64,000 bases of DNA, taken from Marsupella aquatica. Taxonomy: Eukaryota > Plantae > Marchantiophyta. Below, piece after piece: positions 50,681-63,608 of this stretch. The stretch lies in assembly GCA_973895155.1 (NCBI GenBank), contig OZ316891.1:4322018-4386017 (forward strand), written 5' to 3'. The notes under the pieces were generated by a model that saw nothing but the letters and a program-made list of their open reading frames with translations, did no database searches and had not been told where the DNA came from. Both the position numbers and the translations under genes were made by a program. How positions within the stretch are numbered: position 1 is the first letter of the stretch; each line of letters opens with the position of its first letter.

Positions 50681-53600
50681 CTAAACCCTAAACTTCTAAA
50701 CAATGAGAACGGAACAAAGAAGTTTGGTATGAAAAAATTTCCCTTGATCGAATCACCTCACCTTTGCTAGCTAGCATTAAAGATGGCCGGGTGCTCTAAT
50801 TCTCATTCATCCATGACCAGCTCGTCTATGAAGCGGATCAGGTATTCTAATGACCTGGGACTTGCAAAAGCTCTACGCTTAAGAACAAGCAAGATTTGAC
50901 GGTTTGATATTCTCCCCTGAATCAAGCTGGTTATCGCTGGCTGGATAGAGACCTTAAAAAGAGTCCGAAATAGAGTCATCTTCAGACCGAGTCCATCATG
51001 ACTTAACCTGGGCACATTTGCCTACACAGTCACTCGCCACTCAAAATGCTCCTTTTCTTTGTCCCTGTCCCTGTGGGAAAAGCATTCTGGCCTCATCTCC
51101 CACACTCAAATTTCTCCCTCCCGGGCTCCCTCCTCTCCAACGGCCTTGAACCAAAGGGTAGTATGGTTACAGATCAGATAATTAGAGTAATCATGTTAAA
51201 TATTCGTGACAAACACAACAAACATTTTGAACTCATTTGGGCGAATAGTATTGAAGTACATTAGAGCTGCCATTTAAGTGGAGCTCTTTGATGCTTAAAC
51301 GAGCCAGCCATGTCCATGCTTTGCATGAAAGATATCGAGGAGAGGAGAAGATATCAAGGGGAGTAAAACATGTCAAGGAGAGAAAAAGATGTAGAATTAA
51401 ATGAGAAAAAAATGAGACAAACATGTGGAAGCCAGTAAAAGGGCCATGGGAGGAAAACATGATGAAGATAAAATACACAAGATGCAAAACATGATGAAGA
51501 TAAAATACCCAAGATACAAATATGAGAACATTTCTTCTACTTCAGTTGGCACATATGGCAGTTGTAGGAACCACGGGCCCCAACTATGGGTGTTGAGGCC
51601 AGGCTGAATTAATGGGAGTCTGTGCATTGGGGCTTGGAGGGGAGTGAGGGCAAGTAGGGCAAAATGGTGGGAGTTGGCAGGGGTGCATCTAGTTCCCAAT
51701 GGATTTAGGCCATAGGGCAGGGCTAGTACCACCTTGTCCTTCCAAGAAAGAGGGCTTGTGTCAGGCCTGACACCCAGTTTTAGCAGCAAGGAGAGGAAGC
51801 CTTTGGTCATGGGATGGCAGGAGGGAGAAAGGGAAGGAGGGAGAGAGAAATTTGGAAAATAACCAATAATTGAGAGGTGGATCCAACCCTGATGAGAGGG
51901 TGGTGAGATTTCAAGGGGTTCAACATTTTAAAAAAAACCTCCAACCCCATACATGCACACAACCAACCCAAAACACATCCCAAATTGTTTTCCTCGTTTC
52001 CTAAAAAATTCCCCTTCCTTCCTCCCTCCGTCAATTCAAGGAGTATCCTTAGGGATTTCACTTCCACAAAATTGGCATCATATGCAACAAAGAACATGGT
52101 CATTTTACTAATTCTAAGCAAAAGCTTAGAAAACCTTGTAGAAGAACATTGCCCACGGTCTTTTAAATACAATTGTTAATCTTGTAAGTGCCCAGGCTTG
52201 TAAGAACATTAAGGTCCTTTTAGTCAAACTTTTGGAATATTCTAGAAATATCTCAAATTATGGTGAAAGAATAAAATGCAGTCTTATGTTTTAGGGGGCC
52301 TAAGGCTTAAAAATGTTGGAGTTGATGGGGCTTCTCTATATGGGAGAACCTTGAGGGAGTACCTCCTACTTGCAGGGATTCTGATGGATGGCAACCTTCA
52401 GGGGTACCAAATGCGCAAAACGAATTGGCTAAAAAAGGGGAGAGAAATAACAAAAAATGTCATTATGATTTGGTTAAGTACACTTCTCAAAATACTGGAC
52501 ACATTTCCAACTGAAGAATGTTGTGCATGCTTCTTAAGAGATTGGGACTTCCAAAAAAAATGGACACACTTCCAAAGACTTGGCATGCAAGAGGTGGATT
52601 GCATGATTGAGGACTACCAAAGGAGGCAAAAAAGTCTCCAGTCCTTTCACTAATCCAAGGACTGTCAACGGCCAAGATTAGCACATCTTAGGTAAAAAAT
52701 ACTTCATGACACACTTCCACAAATGTTGGGCACACTTCCAAGAGGTAAGGACGTTCGAAAAGTGTGGACACACTTCCAAAAGACTTGACATGCAAGATCT
52801 AACCTTTCAATCTCAACTACTCAATCCTAGCCATCAAGGGATATATGGCACATTCAGTGCTCATGGACTCCTATTAAGTGCTCATGGAATCCTTTCTTAT
52901 GGAGAAAAAAAGACTAAAATGGTAGTCCTCAATCGTGTAATCCACCAAGATCTAACCTTTCAATCTCAACCAAACAATCATAGCCATCACATGTAACAAT
53001 TGGGTCACTCTTTGTAAATTTCTTACAATAATTCCTTGCACATGTACTTTTGGAGGAGAAAAAGATTTTCCTTTTGATCATCAGTACCCCTCAATCTTAC
53101 CATCCAAATTTGATATAGTGAGCGGGATAGTGAGAGCCGTGACAAAATCCAAGGTCTGCAGGTTGAGAAGTACCTCCTTTCCTCTTTGGTTTCCTCCTCC
53201 TCAATCTGAGAGGTTGAGGGAGTCCTCCTCCATGAGGTCGAGGGAGGGGTTGAGAAGTACCTCTTGACCTCATTGATTCCCTATGCAACCCCCAGTCTGC
53301 AAAAGGGTGTAAGGTTGGCACAATCCTGTAAGGTTGGCCCCAGGTTGGCGCAATCCAAGAAGGGACCAACAGGGGTAGGAATGACTACTTTTTTATCAAA
53401 TTGTGCTGAAAATAACCCATTTGGAATCATTTGAACAGACCCAATAGAGTCCCACCCATTTCTTATTTTGTGAGTAGAGGATTCTGAAAAGAAGTGGGAT
53501 TGCATATATGGTATGTTGATAGGCTAGGTTTTAACTTGAGATTTGCTTGAGAAAATATAATTGATTCCTCAGGTGGGTCACTATATGGAGAGCCATACAT

Positions 53601-54769
53601 CACCTGTGATATTTGGAGGTTTGACCCCCCTAATTTAGAAGTAATTTATTTATCCCCAAACCCTTTCCTTCTTTAAATTTTATCATTTTACTTATAAAAA
53701 ACCCTAAAATGTTTAAAGAAAGTAAGTTTTACAATTAAATAAGTTTATTTGTTCTTTAAAATTGACCAGTCAATAAAATATGTCATTTTGGTTCTTCTGC
53801 AAAACTTTGGAAGCTTTTAGTCACACCCATTTAAATGAACATATAATTCATTGCACATGATGTATCATTTCTGTGGAAGTGACCGCCCCCCCCCCCCCCC
53901 CATGATGTGTCATTTGTGTGGAAGTGACCCCCCTCCTTGAGGCTGATTCAATTCTATAAAAAATCAAGTAGTCACCAAGAGCTTGGACCATCTCCACCTT
54001 ATCAAAAATTTCATCCATAAATGCCAATATTTAGAATGGCAATCAAATTTGGAAGCTACACCTCCTAGGATTGGTTGCTTCGCCCATAAATATCCCCAAA
54101 AGCCCTAGCAACTAACTCACCAAATTAGGTGGCTATACTAACTGCCACATTTTAGAACATGGGCGGTTGCAATACCAACGCGTCACAATCTGCAAGTGAC
54201 CCTCTCCATGTTAACCATGCGCAGTGCCAATTTCAAAATGTATGAAGCAGATCACCATGCATCACATTCAGCAAATTCAACATATGTTTGTCAGGCGTAT
54301 GCATCTTGTGTGATTTTGATATTATGATAATAGATATTGCTTCCCAGGGAGGCATCTCAACATCATGTGACCCGGTATTCTTTGAGATCAATATATCAAT
54401 CTAGTTTCTAGTCAAAATTTGTCATGTCTTATGGAAGTGGCAGAAGCAAATACGTCGAATGAGACAAAGATTGCAAACGCTTGTATATTAATGACCTGAA
54501 AATTGCAAGGAGTTTATATGATACTATTTGATGGGATGCGGGGATTAGTATCATAGAAACTATTTATAGGCACTGCCCTATGTATTATGGTCACAGAAAG
54601 TAGATTGTGTGAGAGAAAATACCGTAAAGAGTATAATTCATTTTGAAAGTAGCTTGCAATACAACAAAAACGGACTCCTCTCAAAAACCAAGATAGCATT
54701 CTCTTGGGGAACAAATTAATCCTTGACAGTCTCTCCGTGTATGCATCCGGAGATGCATCCTCCCCTGCG

Positions 54770-57140
54770 GATGTGGCAGCTTACAATTGGGAACAAAAAC
54801 AATTCTTTCTTTCAAGCTGCTAGCTGGTGTATCATACCCTCTCATCTACCCCAAAGCATGGAGAAAATGGCATGTTAACGCACCTAATTCTATCGGAAGA
54901 GGATCCATTTTCCTAGGGGTACACATTCATTCAGACCTGCATGAGTTCCCCAGCAGACTTTGTGTCATGAGGGCTCTAGTGAGGTTAAGGGTTACCTTGA
55001 GTTTCCAGTGGCTTAAGCGTACAATCCAACCAAGAACCCTCTTATATATCGAACAACTAAAATACCATTCAATGGGGACTAAACTCGTGGCTTAGTTTCT
55101 CTGCTTGTGCCATTCTCCGCTGCTGCGGCTGTGGCAGCAGGCCATTGGCAAGCAAACAGGGTTTATGTAGAGCGCACTAATACGTGGTAAGTGCAACCGC
55201 TCGTCTACCCCAATGCCTGGAGCAAATACCGTGTTAACATATGAGCACCTATCAGAAGAGGGCCCATTTACCCTTTTACTTAGGGGCATTCATGCAGACT
55301 GAGCCACGCCCCCAGCAGACCGTATGCCATGAGGGCTCTAGTTAGGTTAGGACTTACATTGAGTTTAGAGTGGCTTAAGTATTCAATTCAACCAAGCAAC
55401 CTCCTATCAAAAACAAAAATTAATTAATTACCAATAAGGACGAAATTCATGGTTTAGTTTCTCTGCCGTTCTCCGGCAGATTACCATCGGGCAAACAAAC
55501 AGGTCTTCCTTAATTTAGACCTGCTAGCTGGTGCATCCGACGCTCTCATCTACCCAAAAGTGTGGAGAAAATAGCGTTAACGACATGAACATATCGGGGA
55601 ACATATACAAAAGAGAGCCCGGTTAGCCAGAGTTTTGATGCAGACTTGCGTGATTTCCTCAACACATTGTGTTGTAATATGAAGGCTCCAGTACGTTGGG
55701 TTAGGGGTTACCCATTGAGTTTAGAGGCTAGGGACTAGCTTAAGCATCCGATCCAACCAAGCAATCTCCTTCGAAACCTTCAAAAGCATCCATGGGCCTC
55801 GGCCAGGTTCATGGCTGACATTCTCCCTTGCGGACGTGGCAGCCTGCCATTGGATACACAAACAGGCCTTCATTTGCATCGGGCTGCTAGCTGGTGCGGG
55901 CAGCCTGCCATTGGATACACAAACAGGCCTTCATTTGGACCGGGCTGCTAGCTGGTACGGGCAGCCTGCCATTGGATGCACAAACAGGCCTTCATTTGCA
56001 TCGGGCTGCTAGCTGGTGCGGGCAGCCTGCCATTGGATGCACAAACAGGCTTTCATTTGCATCGGGGTGCTAGCTGGTGCGGGCAGCCTGCCATTGGATG
56101 CACAAACAGGCCTTCATTTGGACCGGGCTGCTAGCTGGTGCGGGCAGCCTGCCATTGGATGCACAAACAGGCCTTCATTTGGACCGGGCTGCTAGCTGGT
56201 GCGGGCAGCCTGCCATTGGATACACAAACAGGCCTTCATTTGGACCGGGCTGCTAGCTGGTGCGGGCAGCCTGCCATTGGATGCACAAACAGGCCTTCAT
56301 TTGCATCGGGCTGCTAGCTGGTGCGGGCAGCCTGCCATTGGATGCACAAACAGGCCTTCATTTGGATCGGGCTGCTAGCTGGTGCGGGCAGCCTGCCATT
56401 GGATACACAAACAGGCCTTCATTTGGATCGGGCTGCTAGCTGGTGCGCGCAGCCCTCTCATTTACCCCAAAGCTTGGGGCAAATAGCATGACACCACATG
56501 GACATCTATGAGGAGAGGGCCTGTTTACGTAGGGACATTCATGCAGACCTGCGTGACTTCTCCAGCAGACGTTCTGCCCTTGAGTTAGGTTAGTGAATTC
56601 CTTGAGTTTAGAGTGGCTGAAGCTTCTCATCCAACCAGGCAACCTCCTATCAAAGAAGCATTCTTGCACTCTGACTATACCAACAGCGGGCTGCAAGTTG
56701 CATGTTGCTGTGTGGACATCTGTCACGTAAGAGACCCTTCAAGTGTAGACCAAGGTGACTTCTCAGGAGATGTTCCGCCCTTGAGTTAGGTTAGGGATTT
56801 CCTTGAGTTTAGAGTGGCTGAAGCGTCGAATCCAACCAAGCAACCTCCCATCGAAGACAAAATAGCAGCGAACCAGATTTGCTTACATCATTTGATGACG
56901 GCATTCTACTCTGTATCCACGTGGCACCTTCCTATTGGGAAAACAAGCACTACAGCAATAGCCGGGCTGCGAGTCGCGTGTTGCTGTGTGGACATCTGTC
57001 ACGCAAGAGACCCTTCAAGTGGCGCATCCAATCAGCACTGTCTAATTTCTTGAGGACTAGTAAGGCATTCATGGAGACCCGAGGCTCACTTGTCCTGGAG
57101 ATCGTCTGCGGGGAAGAGTCTGGAGTGGCTTAAGCATCGC
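54770..57140 (+). repeat. Degenerate ~320-400-bp tandem array upstream of YUCCA
   Basis: Recurring gctagctggtg..ctctcat(c/t)tacccc, cattcat(g/t)cagac and ttgagtttagagtggct..tccaaccaagcaacctc in 5-6 units. Confidence 0.8.
55838..56447 (+). repeat. Near-perfect 61-bp minisatellite, 10 copies
   Basis: ggcagcctgccattggat(a/g)cacaaacaggccttcatttg(c/g)a(t/c)cgggctgctagctggtgcg with an exact 61-nt period and no spacers. Confidence 0.97.
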
Positions 57141-59300
57141 TCCAGTTCTTTGGAAGCTTTTGCCGCAGGAGGTAAAGTGTTATACATGTGCACGAGGAAA
57201 TCCGCTACTTGTTGATGGGCCTTGGTCAGCTCTCAAGGTCTGCCATTTTTAGGTCTTGGCTGCATCGCATTCGATTCTGTGTCTAGATTCCCTAGCTTTC
57301 CCACATGCTTCTGTTGCAGAGTCGGTTTGCATCCCGTTGTGTCACAAAATTTGCCGCCTTTCGATCTCTGAAACACAGCGTTTATGCATTCCATGTTTGT
57401 TTGCTGGCAAATTAAAACCATGAATTCAAACACACAGATCCCATTGTCATCGACAGACTTATGAATACACCAGACAGATGCCATTGTCTTCGTTGGACCA
57501 TTTCTCACACTTGTGTTTCCTCTTTGCAGGTTGGCTGCTGGTTTGCTTCTCTCTTTTGCTCCTCCTTTCGCTCCTTGGTGTCAATTCTCTGTCACATCTC
57601 TGTCACATCTCTTATGCTGCGCTTAGCTTGTAAAGTTTATTACATTTAGGAGATTTAGCAAGTGCTCATTGGGCAGATGCTTGTTTCGAAGAGTTGAGAG
57701 TCATATTTCAATATTTTTGTTCTTTGCCCTACGTCAGGTGGGGCGACTTAGCGGACTATATCTGGCTGTCAAAAACTTACAGATTCAGTGTGGTCCACCG
57801 AAGCTTGCTTCCCAATTAGGATGTAGTACGTAGGGGTATCTTGCAAAGTTGTAGAGTCCAGCCAAAAGAGTGCAGGGCACCTGGACTCAAGAAAAGGTTG
57901 TCGAACTGTTAGAAATCTTATAGCCAACGCTACGACTCGACTCCTGGAGTCTACCCGGAGCCCCTCGGCTACACAAGTAAATTTCTTAGAAAACGTGGAA
58001 GATCGGAAAGTTCACACTATATATATGTGACTCCACCACCCCGTGTACCCACCCGAAGTCTGGATGCAGTTTACTGAGGACTGACTACCTTCTTTATCCA
58101 ATCCTCACCTGTGACAATATAGCTACTGATCTAATCCCCGTAGGAAAGGTCTGAGGCCTTCACTAATTCAGTCTCCGCATTCTCAATCCTTAGACTACCT
58201 GATCGGTGGACTAGCTGAATACTTGCTTCCCTTTTTAGAATCTTAGGCTCGACTCATTTTGTTCACTCCTTCTTCAAATGGTTTAACTGTCTTCATTTGC
58301 AGCCTGCAGTAGTTATTGCACATAAGCTCCTTAGGAACGATATATTCACAGTGTGTTGTATCGGTGTATGTTAGGGATAGGTTCGGGATAACATATGTGA
58401 TGAAGACCACAAAACTGTAGCAAATCTCACACCTCTAGCAGAGTCGTTATTGTCGTCTGTCCTCTTTTGTGAAAAGAGGAGGCAGTGGTAAGATTAGGCA
58501 GACGAAGCTCTGCTCTTGTGATTAAGTTTTGTGATTTAAGCATATATTGGTCTATGTATTCACAAGTGGTAACACAGTGTTTGTGTTTTTGTGTATATCC
58601 TGTTTAATTTCATATGTCCAGTTTGGGTGAGCATCGTGCATCTCCGCTAGCTCTCCTCTTTGGCGCACTGTGATCATTCCTGGGTTAGCACTCAAATGCC
58701 TGTGGTCTTCTAATTTTTCCCACTGAAGTTTCTTTCGATAGGATTATTATCTAGGCTTCTTGGAACCACTCAATCGGGCAGATTCGTGTTTCGAAGAATC
58801 CACTAATTTTAGTTGGCTTATGTCTCAAAATGTTCTTGCTCTCAGTGCTCGCCTTGTAATTCGCAAGTTCTGTTTTAAAGCAGAAAAGCTTTGCAGGAAG
58901 GATGCAAAGGAGTGATCTGAGTATCAGTCTTTGTATGCATAAGATGTGAATTATTGTTTGGATGTTTGGGCTCAAGAATCTTATATATTTCCTGTCTGCA
59001 GTTTGGCTAAGTCTACTGCTTCCGCTCTTGTCTTTAGCGCCTTTTTGTCATTTTGAGGTGAGATATTAAGGTGTATGCACAAGCTGTGAATTATTGGTTG
59101 GAAGTGCTCAGATGCTTGCTTTGAAAAGTCAGTGCTTGCTGGGTTATTTCTCGATACATGGTTCCCTAGGTCTTAGTGGTTTCATGCATGGCTTGATGTA
59201 TTTATCTTGCATGTTTGAACCGATTCTTAAACGGTTGGGTTTCTCTTGGCAGTTTGGCTTATGAGTCTACTTCTGTTGCTCTTGACAGGTTTCAGGCCCG
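57050..59300 (+). promoter_or_regulatory. 5' leader (UTR exons and introns) of YUCCA, homologous to the SIN3-like leader
   Basis: Donor GTCAGCTCTCAAG|GT at 57225-57239; acceptor TTGACAG at ~59282-59288 just before the ATG; collinear inverted homology to 29900-31440. Confidence 0.7.
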
Positions 59301-60840
59301 ATGGACGTCATTGAGTCAGTTGTTTCGTCCCTCCCTGAGGATTCGAGTCCGGTGATTATAGTTGGAGCTGGCCCTTCTGGTCTAGCCACGGCTGCAGCAC
59401 TCAAGGTGAAGGGGATATCCAGCATTATCATCGAAAGGGAAGACTGTATTGGATCTCTGTGGAAGAAAAAAACTTATGATCGCCTACACTTTCATATCCC
59501 GAAGAAGTTCTGTTCGCTCCCTCATTTCAAGTTTCCCTCTCATTTCCCTGAATACCCAAGCAGGGATCAGGTCGTAGAGTACCTGGACGAATATGCCAAA
59601 AACTTCCAGCTCCGTCCCCTTTTGAACCATACGGTAGTGGCTTCTAGTTATGATGACGTCATCGGGGCCTGGAAAGTTTCTGTTGTTCATGCCAGTAAAC
59701 CAGAGTGTCCTTTGGGGTTTGTGAGCAAGTGGCTAGTCGTTGCTTCGGGAGAGAATTGCGAACCTATGTTCCCTCAGGTTCCAGGAATTGAGAATTTCAA
59801 AGGGCCAATCCTCCACTCCAGTCAGTACAAGAATGGATCTGCATACTGTGACCGGAGAGTGCTGGTTGTGGGAAGTGGAAACTCAGGGATGGAGATTGCT
59901 TTGGATCTTGCAAATCATGGTGCTCACCCCTTTCTGGCAGTCCGTGGCGAGGTAAGTTTCTGTAATTACTTCAACATATGAATAGAAGTCTGTTTTCTAT
60001 TGCATGTAACAGTAGGTTGTTGTAGTCAACTGACACGAGGTGCATTGATTTTTTCTTGCAGGTACACATCTTACCAAGAGATATCTTTTGTATCTCAACA
60101 TTTTCCCTCACAACCACACTTCTTGGACTCGGATTTCCTATATGGTTTATTGATGGTATATTCCTGTTCTACTCTTGGGCCCTATACGGGAACCTCTCAA
60201 GCTTAGGATTTTCTAGGCCAAAAGAAGGGCCCATGGAGGTAAAACTGAAGGTGGGAAAGACACCTGTTCTTGATGTGGGAGCGCTTAGCAAGATCAAAAG
60301 TGGTCACATCAAGGTAATTACTCTGCTTAGTCAACTCTAGGTCAATGGTCTTTTCTTGCTTCTAGAATATATATATCAAAGACATCAATTCCTTACTGAC
60401 TCAGGGTTTTACTTTCCATTATTTTGCCTGAACAGGTTGTGCCTGGTGTTAAGAGTTTTTGTGATCTTGGAGCCACTTTCGAGAACGAGGAAAATTTGTC
60501 TTTTGATGCAATAATCATGGCAACAGGTTACAAAAGCAACGTGTGTATATGGTTGCAGGTAAATCTTGGACAAGTTTTTTCCTTGTGTTTAATTCAACAA
60601 TCTGTGTAATGGTTAGTATATCTAGACTCTCTACCAAGAGAATCATATCTACTGTTTTTATCATTTCAGGGAGGAGACGATTTTTTCAATGTATCCGGAC
60701 ATCCCAAGGCTGCATACCCAGGAGGATGGAAAGGTGAGAGGGGACTGTTTGCCGCAGGGCTCACCAGGAGAGGATTTCAGGGAGCTTGTCACGATGCTGA
60801 GGAAATAGCTGATTTTATCGACAAACAGCAGTCCAACTGA
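59301..60840 (+). CDS. YUC: YUCCA flavin-containing monooxygenase (indole-3-pyruvate monooxygenase), 4 exons, ~398 aa
   Basis: Exons 59301-59951, 60062-60313, 60436-60558, 60670-60840. GAGPSG (FAD), SLWKKKTYDRL, FKGPILHSSQYK (FMO motif), GSGNSG (NADPH), GKTPVLDVG, ATGYKSNV, WKGERGLFAAG. Confidence 0.96.
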
Positions 60841-62824
60841 TACCGTAGTGTTGTTAACACAGAAGCACTAAAGGTTCGGTAGCTGAGGGGAACAAAGTAT
60901 TTCTTGTAGAAGAGTAAGGAAAGTGTTCCCAGGGTGGAATGACATTTTTCAGAATAAGTTAGTTGTATCTGGTAGCTTTGCATGCATCAGATATGATTCC
61001 AGATACCAGAGAATGTTGAATAAAGCCTAAGTTATCCCTAACTTTTAACACTAGTGACATATATAATGGTGGAATTGGGATAGGCAATTAATCTGACTAC
61101 CTGATGAGATACATACCAAGCTAACACGCTCCTTTTTACTGATAGCCTCAGTAGTTACCTGTCACTGAAATAAACAGTTGTATACATGTTCTCTAATATG
61201 ATTACATTGTAGACCATTTGCTTCAATCCGATTATGTATCGACTTTTTAGGCATTTCCTTCAGAAAGTAGCCTTGACATGTCCTTACCCCAAACCCTAAT
61301 CCAATTTAATCCGGATAACCTTGCTGCCATTGCATCCTGGAGTTCGCACTCCAAGATACCTGAATGAGTTCTTCCCGCGCACCTACCAAGGGTTGTAAAC
61401 TATATATTATCACAAAACAACCAAACTCAACAAACTCCCATTGGAATTTTTAACTAAAACTCTCTTGATGGCGCCTTCAACCAAAATCTCCCTACAATGC
61501 ATGCAACACACATTCTCTTCCTTAGGCTCATCCGGATCCAAAAGAGAGTGGTCGTGTCTTTGGTCGCCTATAACCTCAGCGTCCTACCTTTGCAACTGGC
61601 CTTTCAGGTTAGTATTTCTGCTCAGGTACGTGGTGCTCCCTTTCTCTAGTTTAGTGCTCCCTATGAGCCTCAGCGTTTCCCCGCTCCTTAAAGATTTAGT
61701 AAGCCCCATACTTATCATGTAAGTTTAGTTTACTCATCCATATATTTAATTACAACGCGAAACCAGAGTACTATGTCAGTTGGGTATTGGAACCAGCTTC
61801 ACACCTCTCAACTCAGGGAATCATTTATAGATGTAACACATATTATATGGTGTTTTATTATAGCCTGGATCTACCGGAAAATCAGCAAACACCTCAGCCA
61901 GCATTTAAAAAGTTTGATTAAAATTTAATGAAACTTTTCATAAAAAGGACAAGTTCTAGGGGTTCAGATATAGGTCGGTGCATACTTATTGCCTTTAAGT
62001 TCCCAAACTCCGCCCAAACTGTACCATCTAATTAAATACCCTTTGCTGGTGTCATCAATGGCACCCAAAAAGATGCAAACTTTGACTTATCACCATCAGA
62101 CATGGCTTCCATGAACTTCAGCTTCCACCACCTTACCTTCTTAATAAGGTGGATGCTCTCTAGTATTCCACAACCAACCACTTCCCCACTCTACTGCCCC
62201 GTATATTGACCAATTTATCCGCGACTCTCACTTGCAATTCTGCCAAAGTGGGCTTGAAGGCATAAGCACAAAGTTCCGCCGAATACTCGAGGTATGACTG
62301 TCCATACTTAATGGCCAGAACCTCATCTTCATCTGCCTGTACCTTCATTTTTTTGAAGTCATCATCACCTCTTTTGCCCCGCTTTTCACAAGGAAGATCT
62401 GCAAGGTTAGGAGTTTGAAAGAGGGGAATATAGGGGGTAAGTAGGGAAATTAACCCCAAAGTACCCCATGCTCCCCCCCCCCCCCCCTTAGTATTGGGGG
62501 TAATTTCCATAAGAGGAGTCGGGAATTCATTCCCCTCTTATCAAAGCAATTCATGGTAAGGTATTTGTCCCATATTTAGTAGGGAACCAATTCTCCTTGT
62601 AGTGGATGGGCTGCTATGCTTGTAAATTACCTATGTACCAAGGGTAATGATTCGGTGTGTCTTGCAAGTGCATTTAACCTAAACCCTAAACACACACAAA
62701 AGAACACAAGAAAGAATACCAAAGAAACAGTGGACATGAGAAACAATGGACATGATTCAAAGATGAAGTGTTCAATTCATAATGCTCCCGCAGGAGGCTC
62801 GCACAAGTACATATGTGGCAAGGA

Positions 62825-63146
62825 CTATGAAAAATGACACTCATCCAGGACTAATCTAAGCCAATTAATCTTAAACAGTGGACCTGCAAGTCTAGGTTTT
62901 TTTACAGGTCTCTTCATACTCCATTTTGGCACGCTGAACGTCTTTGGAGCAATGGATGACTCCCCTGTCATGATTGAGTACGTAGTGACAACCACGTCAT
63001 GGCTTGAAATAAAGTCAATGTCTTTATTCCTCTTGTTGTGGTAGAGGAGGACCTTCACTTTTGCTATCTTGGAGGTTCTGGCAGCTATTTCTTGGCCCCA
63101 TTGAATCGCCACGCTAGCTGGACAAACAAACTAGAGTTGGCCCACA
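62825..63146 (-). pseudogene. SNF2-family (RAD5/16-like) helicase gene fragment
   Basis: GPTLV(+1)VCPASVAIQW..KVLLYH..DVVVTTYSI..AGPLFKINWLRLVLDECH* covers motif Ia to Walker B; frameshift, plus a stop right after the DExH motif. Confidence 0.8.
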
Positions 63147-63608
63147 CTTATGAGGGCAATTCGCAAGAAATAGCGCTATGACATGCATGGTTTTCCCCAT
63201 TCCCTACAAAAATCCAAGCCAAGAAAACGGTCAGGGGTCCACTCACTTGCAGACAAGGTGCGCACGTACCCCTAACATACTCCAAAAATACCCCCAAAGT
63301 ATCCCGCTGAATGAAAATAATGAGTGCGACTTTAGCTTAATTTGGGGGCTTTTGTACCTGTTCATCCGCCAACATCCCACCAATTGGAGAGCTTTTTCCG
63401 GATTCGCGTTCCAACATCCATGCAAGACCAATCCGCTGGTGTGGATATAGAGCTGTAGTCATTGTACCAGGTGGAGGGCATGCCTCCTCTATCAAGTGAG
63501 ACCCTTGGATATCAATCTACGGATCCCGCTTATAGCAAAGTTAAATATGCTTGAACATTGTTTCTGAAAAAACAGTAATCACACAACAAAGGAAACAAAA
63601 TTGCTAAC

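Noticed and set aside
50678-50700. Telomere or interstitial telomeric repeat (CCCTAAA x2; also ~62677)
   Set aside because: Only about two units; too short to distinguish from chance or a telo-box, although it does sit at the end of the 700-bp array.
50800-54000. Short ORFs in AT-rich, repeat-like DNA
   Set aside because: No recognisable motifs; probably decayed dispersed repeats that I cannot classify by eye.
55838-56447. CRISPR-like array
   Set aside because: The 61-bp units are contiguous with no unique spacers; no cas genes; eukaryotic context. It is a minisatellite.
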